Assembly (NCBI GenBank): GCA_964016885.1
Contig: OZ024742.1
Coordinates: 361,708,001 to 361,772,000 of the forward strand
DNA: 64,000 nucleotides
From: Eledone cirrhosa
Taxonomy: Eukaryota
Reading direction: 5' to 3'
The position numbers were made by a program, and so were the translations under genes. Shown here piece after piece: positions 38,273 through 50,658 of this stretch. Every line of letters starts with the position of its first letter. Positions within the stretch are counted from its first letter, which is position 1. The notes below the pieces were generated by a model. The model searched no databases and was not told the origin of the DNA. It saw only the letters and a program-made list of their open reading frames with translations.

Positions 38273-38597
38273 GTTCCTTTGTCAGTGTTGAACAAATGAG
38301 CAACGATGGTTGCTAGACACTGTACGGCTTAATACGGGATGTTTGTTTACAAACACACCGAGCATTATAATAAATGTTCGGTGAATCCATACGTACATAT
38401 ATATATATGTGTGCATGTATGTATATATATATATATATATATACATACTACTGTACGTCTGTATACATATATGTATGTACGTATACATACTTATATTTAA
38501 GTAACAGCCGTACTAAGAGTGAGAAATGAAATTTCGTTTCATTTTTCCGTTTTTATATATATATATATATATATATAAATAATTATATATTCGTGCC

Positions 38598-38985
38598 CAT
38601 ATTTTCAACAGTAATACTATACTATATTATATATTTTCAACAGTAATACTATACTATACTATATGTATTCAACAGTCATACTATACTATATTATATATTT
38701 TCAACAGTAATACTATACTATATTATATATTTTCAACATTAATACTATACTATACTATACTATATATTTTCAACATTAATACTATACTATACTATATATT
38801 TTCAACATTAATACTATACTATACTATATATTTTCAACAGTAATAATGTACTGTACTATATATTTTCAACAGTGATACTATATTATATATTTTCAACATT
38901 AATACTATACTATACTATATATTTTCAACAGTAATACTATACTATACTATATAATAATACTATACTATAACAGTAATGCTATACT
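38598..38985 (+). repeat. Minisatellite (about 30-35 bp unit tattttcaacagtaatactatactatatta) upstream of a Helitron-type 3' end
   Basis: About 11-12 variant copies, followed by GC hairpin ccgggcgccagccgg and CTAG-T at about 39104-39108. Confidence 0.8.
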
Positions 38986-39341
38986 AGACAGACGGCTTAT
39001 TGTCTGTTTATCCAAGCGAAGCTAGGTACGTCAGCTATATATATATATATCTGGATGCTGTAGAATACACCAATGGTAGCCGGGCGCCAGCCGGATGGGT
39101 TAGCTAGTTATTATTATTAGTGGCCAATAAATGAAATCATTATTATTATTATTATTAATCGGTGGATTGGCAGTATCGGTAGAGGGTCGGACGCCATGCT
39201 TTCCAGTATAGTTACGTCCCTTTACGATCTGAGTTCAAATCCCGCCGAGGTTGACTTTACCTTTCATCCTTACGGGGTCGATAAAATAAAGTACCAGTAA
39301 TGCACTGGGTAATTGCTGGCCTTGTGCCTAAAGTAGAAACA

Positions 39342-39392
<51 letters not shown>

Positions 39393-39739
39393 ATGGCGGT
39401 GGAATGGCAGTATCGGTAGAGGGTCGGACGCCATGCTTTGACGCATAGAGTTACGCCCTTTGCCATTCTGAGTTCAAATCCTGCCGAGGTTAACTTTGCC
39501 TTTCATCCTTACGGGGTCGATAAAATAAAGTACCAGTAATGCACTGGGTAATTGCAAAAGTAGAAACAATTATTATTATTATTATATTTTTTATTTATTT
39601 TTATTTTTATTTTTATTTATTTATTTATTTATTTCGTGCAATGGCCATACTCGATAACGAGGGGGCAGCCATCATTATGTATGTATGTATATATGTATGT
39701 ATGTATGTATGTATGCATGTATGTATGTATGTATGTATG

Positions 39740-42267
39740 GTCTTCTGGTTTTATAATTTCAGAATTTTTTTTACCAATAGAGAGAGAATCAGTTTCTAAC
39801 ATAGTTACAAGACTCTCTCATTGGAATTTACACAATATCAACTAGGTAGATATGTATGCATGCATGCATGTGTGTGCAGGTATAGATGTTATTGTATGTG
39901 TGGATGTGGATGTTTTGAGTTGTATGTGTGCATGTGTATATGCTTTGCATCTGTACATATGTATATGCAGTTATTAGATGCAAACCTTTTGGAATGTTTT
40001 ACATATTTTTACTGTTCTATTAATGGATTGTACTTGTAATTCCCTAACTAGTTGTGTTCTTTCTGTTTCTGTGAAGCCTAGCTTCTCAAGATTTGTATTG
40101 AGGCAGTTACTAACATATCCCAGTACCCCAATAATCACAGGCATAAACCTGAAGGTATAATCAGGGTTGAGTATCTGCAGATTTCTCATCAGTTCTGCAT
40201 AAATATTCTCCTTTTCGCTAACCTTTGATATTATATTGGCATCTGGTGGGCGGCTAACTTCCACTACTGTGCATGCCTTCTTTTCCCTGTCCCATACCAT
40301 CATATCTGGTCTGTTATGCCTGCATTTTATTGGAGTTTTTATTGGAACATTCCACCAGTAATCTTTCATATTATGTATATGTATGTCTTCCACATTGTTG
40401 TAGCTTTTAATGTGTTTGTTATCGGGGCTATCTTTTCTACGGATTGCATTGTGCAATGTTTTGGCCACTACATCTGGCCTCATAGGTAGATAGTACCGCG
40501 ATGACATCTTTGGACAGCTGCTTATGACATGGGTGACATCTTCGATGTTAATTCTGCAAAGTCTGCACTTGTTATCACATCTAGGTGTTTTGTCTGCATC
40601 CTATCTCTTTTGTGAATCAGGTATTTCGTGTTGATTTCCTGTTCTTGAATTGCAAAAGCGTATCCTTCAAAGTGGGAGCCAATATAGCGGTTATTGGTCC
40701 AAGATAAACTACTTTCTTTATCTATATTACTCTCACTCTGGAGCTTCCTAGCAACATATCCATGCATGATTTTTTGCTGATAAGCATGCAGTTTTTCATC
40801 CATGGATTCACTGAGGTACTGCTGAGCAACTGCCCTGGGTGTGAGTTTTTGATTATCACACAGGGAATATCTTTCAAAGAGTTCCTTCCCAACTCTCATG
40901 ATCTTATCTGTCTCATGCAGATAGACTTGCTCGAGAGACGGGCTCCCACGCTTCGAGGTTCGTAGATGTTGTCGGAGAGATATGATGCGACATTCAAATG
41001 CTGACTGGACTGATGTTAGGCCTCTGCCTCCTTACTTACGTTTGAAGTAGAGGTGGTCTATGTCACTATTGATGTGGAAGTTTCCGGTGTTGTTTAGTAT
41101 TTTTCGAGTCCTAACATCAACTGCTCGGATTTCGTCTATCGTCCAATCAAGTATTCCAAACGTTGGTGTTAGGACAGGCACAGCAAACAGATTGTGAGCC
41201 ACTGTTATATTGTGCGCAGGGAGTTCTGATGACCATATTTTTCTTAATCGGGTGTAATATTCCCTGGTTAGGCGTTCCTTATTACAGATACCATTATAGG
41301 ATGCGTTCTCATCTATCCCCAGGTATCTGTAGCAGTCCTCATCAGATATCGGTGAAACAGTTAGGCCATTGATGACAATGTTGCTAGATTGGGTTGTTGT
41401 TTTTCCCAGTTTTACAGTCATGTGTGAGCATTTATCTTGGCCAAACTCCATTCCTATGTAACCAGGTCAAGATTTTTCTTCATCCCATCCATGTTCTTGG
41501 CATAGAGTTTCAGATCGTCCACAAAGAAATTATGGGTTAGGTTCGTATTTCTGTCCTCCTGTGAGCCAATTATGTATCCCTCACATTTCTTGCGCAGAAA
41601 GGACAAGCGGTTTAATGACAAGATGAATAATATCACAGAGTGACAGTCTCCTTGAAATATACCCCTATGATATTCTATTTTATCAGTGAAAATAGAGTCC
41701 CCCTTCTCTTTTTTTAACTTTAGGATAGTAGCCCAAGAAGAAGACAGCTTCTCTATGGCTCTGACAATAATGTCTGGGACTTTAGCAAGTTGGAGGGCCT
41801 CTATCATCCAAGAGTGGAGAACAGAATCGAAAGCTTTCCTGTAGTCCAGCCAGACTGTAGCCATATTCCTCCTAAGTTGTCGAACCTCCGACATCGCAAT
41901 TTTGTTGATTAGGAGTTGTTCAGCACGCCCTCAAACCCCTTTCTTTCCAGCTGCTTGTTCATCTGTGATGATGTTATTTTCGCAGTGATCTTGGAGGAAT
42001 AGGTTCAGGCAGGCTATATAAATCTTATACATAAGATTCTGGCATGCAATGGGTCGGTAGTTTTTTGCCAAGTGGGTGTCTTTGTTCTTGGGGACCAGTA
42101 TTGTTTTTGCAAATATTCTGGTATAAGTGTATCTCCGTTGAGAGCTTGTTGGTAGAGGTCGGTAAGATACCTCCGATAGAATATCAGTTTTTTGTACAAG
42201 TAGCCGACAATCACGTCTCTTCCTGGTGTTTTCTTATCTTGGAGTTTTCCTATCACAGTCTCAATGG
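39740..42267 (-). mobile_element. R4/Dong-clade element, second subfamily, 5'-truncated and decayed
   Basis: WLDYRKAFDSV, GIFQGD, FFVDDLKLY, YRYLG, HFEGYAFAIQEQ, RHNRPDMMVWD..VVEVS and PVIIG. Flanked by (TATG)n. Confidence 0.9.
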
Positions 42268-42364
42268 TATGTATGTATGTATGTATGTATGTATGTATGT
42301 ATGTATGTATGTATGTATGTATGTATGTATGTATGTATGTATGTATGTATGTATGTATGTATGT

Positions 42365-42980
42365 CGGGTCACTCTTGAGTGCTACTGGTAACATGTAACC
42401 CAGTACAACCTGTCGCATGGTCGGGTCGTCGGCGACTAAACCAGCAACCCCACCAAGTTTACTTGGTAAGGAGGGTGATTTTGGACACCCTGCAGGGCAA
42501 AAAACAAAACCTGACAAAGGGCAGAAGAACTCATAAGAGCCAACGGCCATCCAAAAGTGTGTAAATATGTATATACACATGTACATATGTATGTATCTGT
42601 GTGTATGTGTGTGTGTGTGTATGCATGGGTTCATGTATATGTATATAGTCTGGCTGGACACCCGATCGCGTGGTTAAACCACTGGGAGTGAAGTAGCCCT
42701 AGCCTTTGTCAGGGCATTCTTCTAGGAGAAGGCAACTCAGGAGACTGGGATAACTCCGATATAAAACCTGCGGCTCAGTAGTTACCGATGATGTTGATCT
42801 TTTCTTCCTTTCGGGTTATAGCCTCTGTCGCTCAGAGAGTGGGATTGGCTCATTCCACAGTCTTTCCTCACTTTAAAAAATATCTTCACGCACAGGCATT
42901 GCACGATAGAATTAATTAATAATTATTAATAATGGTATATTGTGCAATGGCCATACTCAATAACGAGGGGGCAGCCATCA
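42365..42980 (+). mobile_element. RTE-related non-autonomous element/SINE with (TATG)n tail
   Basis: Shares its 5' part with 44258-44660 and 52365-52432. The 3' end ggccatactc.ataacgagggggcagccatc(ATGT)n also occurs at about 39640 and 22415 (minus). Confidence 0.7.
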
Positions 42981-43014
42981 TGTATGTTTGTATGTATGCA
43001 TATGTATGTATGGA

Positions 43015-44092
43015 TGTTCTTCTGATTATATAATATAATATATTAAAATATATTATATAAATTTTTACTAATAGAAGACTCTCCTATCAGAATTTAAACA
43101 ACATCAACTAGGTAGATATGTATGCATGTCTGTATGCATGCATGTGTGTGCAGGTATGGATGTTATTTTATGTGTGGATGTGTATGTTTTGAGTTATGTG
43201 TGCATGTGCATATGCTTTGTATCTGTACCTGTGTACATGCAGTTATTAGATGCAGAGGTTTTGGAATGTTTTACATATTTTTACTGTTCTATTAATAGAT
43301 TGTACTTGTAATTTCCTAACTATTTGTGTTCTTTCTGTTCCTGAGAAGACCAGACTCTCACGATTTGCACTGAGACACTTTCTAACATATCAGTATCCCA
43401 GTAATCACAGGCATACATCTGAAGGTGTAATCAGGTTGGAGTATCTGCAGAGTTCTTATTAGTTCTGCATAGATATTCTCCGTTTCGCTAATCTTTAATA
43501 TTATATTGGCATCTGTTGGGAGCTAACTTCGACTACTGTGCATGCCTTCTTTTCCCTACACCATTTCATTATATTTGGTCTGTTATGCTTGCATTTTGTT
43601 GGGTTTTTGACTGGAACATTCTACCCGTACTTGTGCCAAAGGTAGAAACAATTATATATGTGTATGTCTTTCACATTGCTATAATTTTTGAAATGTTCAT
43701 TGGCGGGCTATCTTTTCTATGGATTGCATTGTATAGTGTTTTGGCCACTACATCATGCCTCATAGGTAGGTAGTACCGCGATGACATCTTTTGACAACTG
43801 CTTATGACATGGGTGACATCGATGTTAATTCTATTGAGTCTGCATTTTCGGTCACATCTAGGTGTTTTGCCTGCATCCCTATCTCTTTTGTGAATCAAGA
43901 ATCTTTTGTTTATTTTCTGTTCTTGGATTGTCGAAGCATATCCTTTAAATTCACATTTCTTGAGCAGAAACGACAAGGGGTTTAATGGCAGGATAAATAG
44001 AATCACAGAGAGACTGTCTCCTTGAAATATACCCCTGTGATATTCTATTTTATCAGTGAAAATAGAGTCCTCTTTCTCTGTTTGTAACTTAT
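43015..44092 (-). mobile_element. R4/Dong-clade element, internally deleted copy of the 39740-42267 subfamily
   Basis: Colinear with 39740-40670, then jumps directly to the LNPLSFLLKKCE/GIFQGD region at about 43950. Confidence 0.85.
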
Positions 44093-44257
44093 AAAAGTGT
44101 ATGTATGTATGAATGTGTGCGTGCGTGTGTGTATATGCATGTATGTATGTACGTATGTACGCGTGTATGTATGCATGTATGTACGCGCGTATGTATGTAT
44201 GTATGTATGTATGTATGTATGTATGTATGTATGTATGTATGTATGTATGTATTTATG

Positions 44258-44860
44258 TCAGGTCACCACTTGGTGCTACTGGTAACATGTATCCCAGTAC
44301 AACCTGTCTCATGGTCGGGTCGTTGGCGACTAAACTGGCAACCCCACCAAGGTTTCTTGGTGAGGAGGGTGACTTTGGACATCCTGCAGGACTAAAAACA
44401 AAACCTGTCGAAGGGCAAAGGAGCTCTTAAGAGTCAATGGCCATCCAAAATCACTGGGAGAGATGACCCCTTAGCCTTTGTCAAGGCAGAATTCTAAGAG
44501 AAGGAAAACTCTGATATAACACCTGCAACCCTGATGGTATCCAATGATGTTGACTTGTTCTTCTTTTTGGTAAATATCATCTTGGTTAAGAGAGTGGGAC
44601 TGGCTTTGTGCAGTGCCTTTGCTCACTATAAAAGCTTCACAGCACAGGCATTGCTTTATATCTGGAGATCTATCTGCACTTGTCGTCACATGGTACCATG
44701 GGTCGCACTGTGTCAATAATTGTCACAAGTGTAGTGTTTGTACCAGAGTTTTCAAGTCGCTGGCTGGACTAAAAAGTCACACTCGTCAGCGCATCGGTAG
44801 GCGTTCTCCTACATGGATATAAAGTAGTGGCCGTACTCGAAAACGAGTTGGCAGCCACCA
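44258..44860 (+). mobile_element. Bipartite RTE-related non-autonomous element (5' UTR-like part plus zinc-finger-like 3' part)
   Basis: The 5' part matches 42365-42900. The 3' part encodes [20 protein letters not shown] and ends ggcagccacc(ATGT)n. Confidence 0.7.
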
Positions 44861-45221
44861 TGTATGTATGTATGTATGTATGCATGAATGTATGTACGTG
44901 CAAGCGTACGTGTGTATGTATATACTTATGAATGGATGTATATTCTATAAACGAAAATCTAAAAAGCGCATGCGCATACAATAGCATAAGCATAATGGTT
45001 AAAAAAAAAAAACAGTGAAATTTAGTTGGCTAAACAAGTAGATTCCATTGAATATCGATCTAATTGTGGAATGGTAAGCGCGGTTACTGCTGAGCAATTC
45101 CAATAATATTGGAAAATGGGATTAAAATATAATGAATAGATTTCTTTACCGTTTCCTATAGGAAACTGGCATGCCATTGTTGAATGTGTGCGTGCGTATA
45201 TATATATATATATATATATAC

Positions 45222-47560
45222 ATGGGATAACAAGTTATCGTTATAGGTAATCCAGTTAGAGGTTGTGAGTACTCTACGTCGTGGATAGTTTTAACGTACG
45301 GCTTTGTTTGACTCAACAAGATGTTTCCATAGTTATGCAGCGAGTTTGTGGTAATTCCTATGCAGGTTATACTTGGAGTAATAATAGTTAAAGAGAGAAG
45401 AGTAACATGGTTGGCTGTACAATAAGGGGCTTTATTTCAAGTACTGACAATTGTTTCATTGATCAGGTGAGTCTAGAGGTCGCTAATCGCTTGAAGTTGC
45501 GTCACTCGATCTCCAATACATTATTTATCTCTGATCAACACATCAGAGTACGTAGATATAGAAATAATTCACTCGAGACAAGATATATATAGAAGAATAG
45601 CGTATAATCAAACCAATAACATCAATAATAAAATATATATGGTAAACAGGTACCTATTTACAAAACAGACAAGCAGATGACAATTACAACCAAAATAACA
45701 TTACTTTTTAGGAAAAAGACTGAAATACCAGGACACCAGATGGCCTCCACCCACGAGAAACCGAAGATAATTAACCTTAGTGATGTGCGTTTCGCTATTG
45801 ATCAGCTCAAGGTTAAACCTGTATCGATCTGGCCCGTCTTCGGAATCAAAAGCTCGTCTGACCTCTGCTGTTGTTAGAAAAGATGTCTGTTTCTATTTTC
45901 CCATCTGTTTTTAAAATAAGGATATCCAAGAAGACTAATTCCTTGGAGTTGGATTCCATTGTGAATTGTATGTTATTGTTAATGTTGTTTATCATATTTT
46001 TGAAAAGAGTGAGTGTATTCATGTCTTCCTGCCATAGTATACAGCAATCGTCTAACTATCTCTTCCAATTATTTTTGAGATGTGTAAGGAAAGAGTCTCC
46101 GAATGATAGAAGGGATTGATTGTAGATTTGTTGTTCGTGGAATGCCATGACTAAATTGGCGTATGTGGGGGGCTACCTTCGTGCCCATTGCAGTACCTGA
46201 GATTTGTCGGTATGTTGAGTCATTGAAACTAAAAAAATTATTCTGTGAGATAAATCGGAGTCCATCAATAATAAAGTTTTTGTTGTTGCGTGTTGGTATT
46301 TCAGATTGGTGAGTGTCTAGCCAATACTGGATTGCCGTTATTCCATAGTTGTGGAGTATGTTAGTGTTGACGTTTACTACGTCAAAGGAGACAAGAATTG
46401 ACTTCACTTACTGTTTTGGGTAGGTGGTTCAGCATATCAAGGTCATCCCGTATGTAGCTTTGTATATGTTTTAGGAAGGACTTTAATAGGATTCCAGGAA
46501 GTTGCTGAGTCTGTGGGTTTCACAAGCAGGCCCTGCTATAATTGGTTTGAGTTTTAAGTCTTCTGGTGGTGTTAATTGTATGTATTTGTTAGTCATATGC
46601 ATCGTTTATGAGTTTACATTTATGTATCTTCGGTAAGCCGTAGAAAGTACTTGTATTACGTTTGAAATGGCTTATGTATTCAACTTATTTTGTGGTTAGG
46701 CCATTGTGGTATTTTTGTACTATTGCTAGGAGATTCCCCATTGTTTTAGTTTGTAGTGTTCTGTTTTTTCGTAGTACTTGTTGTCGTCTAAGATTTAAAG
46801 TGCCAGGTGCCTATAGTAGTCAGTGTCAATAATGACCACAGTACTCCCTTTATCCGCTTCTTTGATGGTTATTTCAGTGTTTCCATTCGTGTTTAGCAAG
46901 GTTTGGTTTCGTGTGTTTATTTGCAATTTGTTCATAGGGAAAGTTGATGATGCGTTCCCAATAGGTGTCCAGTGCTGCGTTTCTTCCTTTCTGTGGGCAG
47001 AAATCACTTTTGTTTCTGACTATTGATTCGTCTTCAGTGTTGGTGTCATTATTGGAGTAGTATTCTATTAGTCTGAGTTTTCGGCAGAATTCCACGATGT
47101 CATATTTGCTTTCGGGGGAGTTAGATGTTTGTGGTGTGGGTGTAAATTTCAGTCCCTTACTTAATATGTTAATTTGTGTGTTAGTTAGTGATATCTTTGA
47201 AAGGTTAATTATCTTCGGCTTCTCATGAGTGGGGCCATCGTGTGTCCTGGTATTTCAGTTTTTTTCCTAAAAAGTAATGTTATTTTGGTTGTAATTGTCA
47301 TCTGCTTGTCTGTAGTTTGTGTTTTCATGAGATTTAATGTGCTGCTGGGGGTGGTATCTGTTATAGTTGTTATTGCAATTATGCAAACTACTTTGAGAAC
47401 CTCTGCATTAAGTGATTTATATATGTGGACGTGGTGTAAGGGTTGTATTGGCTTTAGCTGCTGGGGAAAGTTCTTTTCCGCTTTGATATTCTCTAGTTCT
47501 TCTGTGAAGGAGGGTAGACAGGTCAACATGACCCAAACTCCACAATAGTATATGTTATAT
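45222..47560 (-). mobile_element. Rearranged Penelope-like element (decayed N-terminus and RT, inverted internal duplicate, 3' tail with hammerhead)
   Basis: IINLS...L...QINILSKGLKFTPTP, EFCRKLRLIEY, IKEADKG.TVVI, FYGLPKIH, LVSFDV, YRQISGTAMGTKVAP and FLDIL. The segment 45662-45780 (plus) is an inverted copy of about 47200-47312. Confidence 0.85.
45441..45551 (-). ncRNA. Hammerhead ribozyme motif with long stem II, A9 mutated; paralog at 58549-58654
   Basis: gtact-CTGATGT-GTTGATCAG...CTGATCAAT-GAAAC-AATT-GTC-agtac, with 5-bp stem I and a 9-bp basal stem II. Confidence 0.7.
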
Positions 47561-47568
47561 ATATAATT

Positions 47569-47627
<59 letters not shown>

Positions 47628-47918
47628 CAAACTCAACACACACCCAGATACAATAAGTATTACCAACTTAGTATTGGATGGAAGATAATCACTCATTTCC
47701 TTCCCAACTCTGTCTCTGACTTTGTTTCCCCACCACGCTCTCACACTCTGTCTTTCCCCCTCCCCCTCTCTTTATATATAATATATATATATATATACTT
47801 ATTACATATATTTATTTTTATACATATATATATCTATTATTATATTATACATATATATTACATATATTTTATAGATATATATATACATTTTTATACAAAC
47901 ATGCACTTTACTTATTTG

Positions 47919-48053
<135 letters not shown>

Positions 48054-48481
48054 TACATACATGTAAAGGTAAATACATACGGATTCTCACATACACATAT
48101 ATATGCATGATACAATATAGCTGTAATAAAAACAAAAACAAAAGAACAAAATATATAGATAATTCAATGTTTCTCTGAACATGGCGGCCTGTTGCGAGAA
48201 ACTGTTTAGTTTTCACCAGATATAGACAACATCGCCATGTTGTATGCAAAGGATATCAGCGTTCAGATAAGTCTCTCGTCTCCGGTGTATTCTCGGTAAA
48301 TAATATCAAATACAGATGACATGTTTAAAGGATTATTTCTTCTACTATTGGAACAATTGCAGCCGTTTTCATTGTCAATTCATCGCGGCATTTCTGCCGG
48401 AATATTTTACAAAGATAAACCATTCATCAAATAAAAAAAAGATAAAGTATATATAAACACACACACACGCGCGCGCGCACA

Positions 48482-48577
<96 letters not shown>

Positions 48578-48785
48578 ACACACACACACACACAACGCAC
48601 ACACATTTATCTTGTTTTCTCCATAGATATTCAGATTTCGCATTTGTACAAAATAGTGATTGGCAAGTTGGTTATGGAATGGAAAAGAATGGAAGACATA
48701 TTTTATTTTGTCTACCAATACACAATATATCTCTCTATACACAAATGAACTTCAACTTTAAAGACATCTTTTCCTCTATCCATTG

Positions 48786-48855
<70 letters not shown>

Positions 48856-48903
48856 ATGTCTGTCTGTCTATCTATCTATCTATCTATCTATTTCTTGATC
48901 TGT

Positions 48904-48978
<75 letters not shown>

Positions 48979-48989
48979 ATATATATACA

Positions 48990-49292
48990 TTTAGAATAAG
49001 GAGCAGATATTGCAATAGCCTGGGGTTCAAAGGGCCTCAAATCTTCAACAAGCTGCCAAGAAATTTGAGAGATCTGTGTGAACGTGGATGTTTTCAATAA
49101 ATCTCTTTACACTTTGCTATCCAGGATCCCGGATGAGCCTACAACACGGTTCGAGGGTAATCTAAGGACAGCAGCAACGAACTCCCTCTTACACCAATAG
49201 CCAACCGGTACAGGCTAGAGATAGAACGTGTAGCAGCAAGGGCGGTGCCCCAGCATGGCCTCAGTCGGATGGCTGGACCAGGTAAAAGAGTA
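48990..49292 (+). mobile_element. CR1 LINE 3'-end fragment
   Basis: RIRSRYCNSLGFKGPQIFNKLPRNLRDL and the 3' UTR ggtgccccagcatgg...gtaaaagagtaaaa match 9721-10032. Confidence 0.85.
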
Positions 49293-49329
49293 AAAAAATA
49301 AATAAATAACTATATATATACATCTGTAT

Positions 49330-50658
49330 CTAGGGCGGGTAAAATTCCCTAGACCCATGGATGAGTTCTCTCCAGTGTCTATCCTTTGGGCATCAATATA
49401 TGTCAATCTCGGACTCCTTCTTCTCTCAGTTTAGCGTCTCCCATAGTAGTGCTGAGTGCAATGTCAACTGTGGATGTCGGTGAGCATGTCCAGTTAACCT
49501 CAGTTTCCTTTGTTACTTTCGAACTGACGTTTGGGAGGCGCCCCTACTACTCTGAGATTTTCATCCTCAATGTATACTGATTAATGTTCAGAGCCATCCT
49601 CAGCATTATCGTGTAGACCCTATCCACCATCTTAGTGAGTTTCTTGGTCAGTGTCCAGCAGCACAGACTCCATTGTAGCGACAAAGAGACGGATCTCCAG
49701 GTCTTTACGAAGGCCCGCCTTCCACACCGATCTCAAACTGTAACAGGCCACCCAGGCTTTGCTCTTCCTCTCAACCACATCATCCTCTGTGTTCCCAATC
49801 TTTGCTCTCAGATACAGGACGTCCTCAACCAACTCTAGCGGCTTCCCGCCTACATTCATAAACTTCTCTGGCTTCTTAATGTTCTCTACCTGATACTTCG
49901 TCTAAATCTCCTCTATCTACTTCCCTGTGTTTGTCACTAGAACTATGTTGTCAGAAAATTCAGCATCTGGTATCTTTTTCACCTTAACTCTCCTGCTCTG
50001 CGCCAGTGTTACAGTAAAGCCAGAGGCTTGGTGTTTCTCCAGCGCAATACGCATACAATAGTCCATTGCACTGATAAAAAGGTACGGAGCCAATATATCT
50101 CCGTGGAATACTCTAGCCAGTATCTCAAAGAACTCCGTCATCCCGTCAGGTGTAATGACTTGGGCTCTGGTGTTGGTGTAGAGCAGTGATATCAGGTCCA
50201 CTATCTTCTTGGGGATTCCATAAGCCCGCAAGATCTTCTTCAGGCAGTGACGGTCCACAGAATCAACGTCTTTCCAAACGTCAATGAAAACCACGACAGC
50301 AGGAAAGCTCTTTGCTCTGGCTCCCTCTAATATCCTTCTCATCATCAGAATGTGACTGATGGTTGATCTTTCCTGTCTGAAGCCGTTCTGGTTGTCCCTG
50401 AGCTTCTTCTCCATCTCGGGCTAGATCCTGTTAAGAATCATCCTGTTGAGGGTGTTTGCCACAAGTGACGTCAGTGAGAACCCCCCCCCCCGTAGTTGTT
50501 TGTGTTAGAAAGATCTTCCTTCTACTTATCCTCCACTGATTCAGGGCAATTCCTTTCTCCAGTGCCTGGTTACAGAACTCCAAGATGATATCAAAATCAC
50601 ACCTTTTCATCACCTCTGATGCCATTCCATCTTCTCCATGGGCCTTGCCCTTCTTGAT
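49330..50658 (-). mobile_element. RTE LINE 3' half (decayed RT)
   Basis: [30 protein letters not shown] and EFSDNIVL, with the same 3' end as 187-1431. Confidence 0.9.

Noticed and set aside
38598-38985. Regularly spaced 30-35 bp repeats resembling a CRISPR array
   Set aside because: There are no unique spacers, the units are head-to-tail, and the context is eukaryotic. It is a minisatellite.
48365-48400. Minus-strand gccg-CGATGA-ATT(gac)AAT-GAAAA-cggc motif
   Set aside because: It lacks a full core and any stem III or NUH site, and could be chance.
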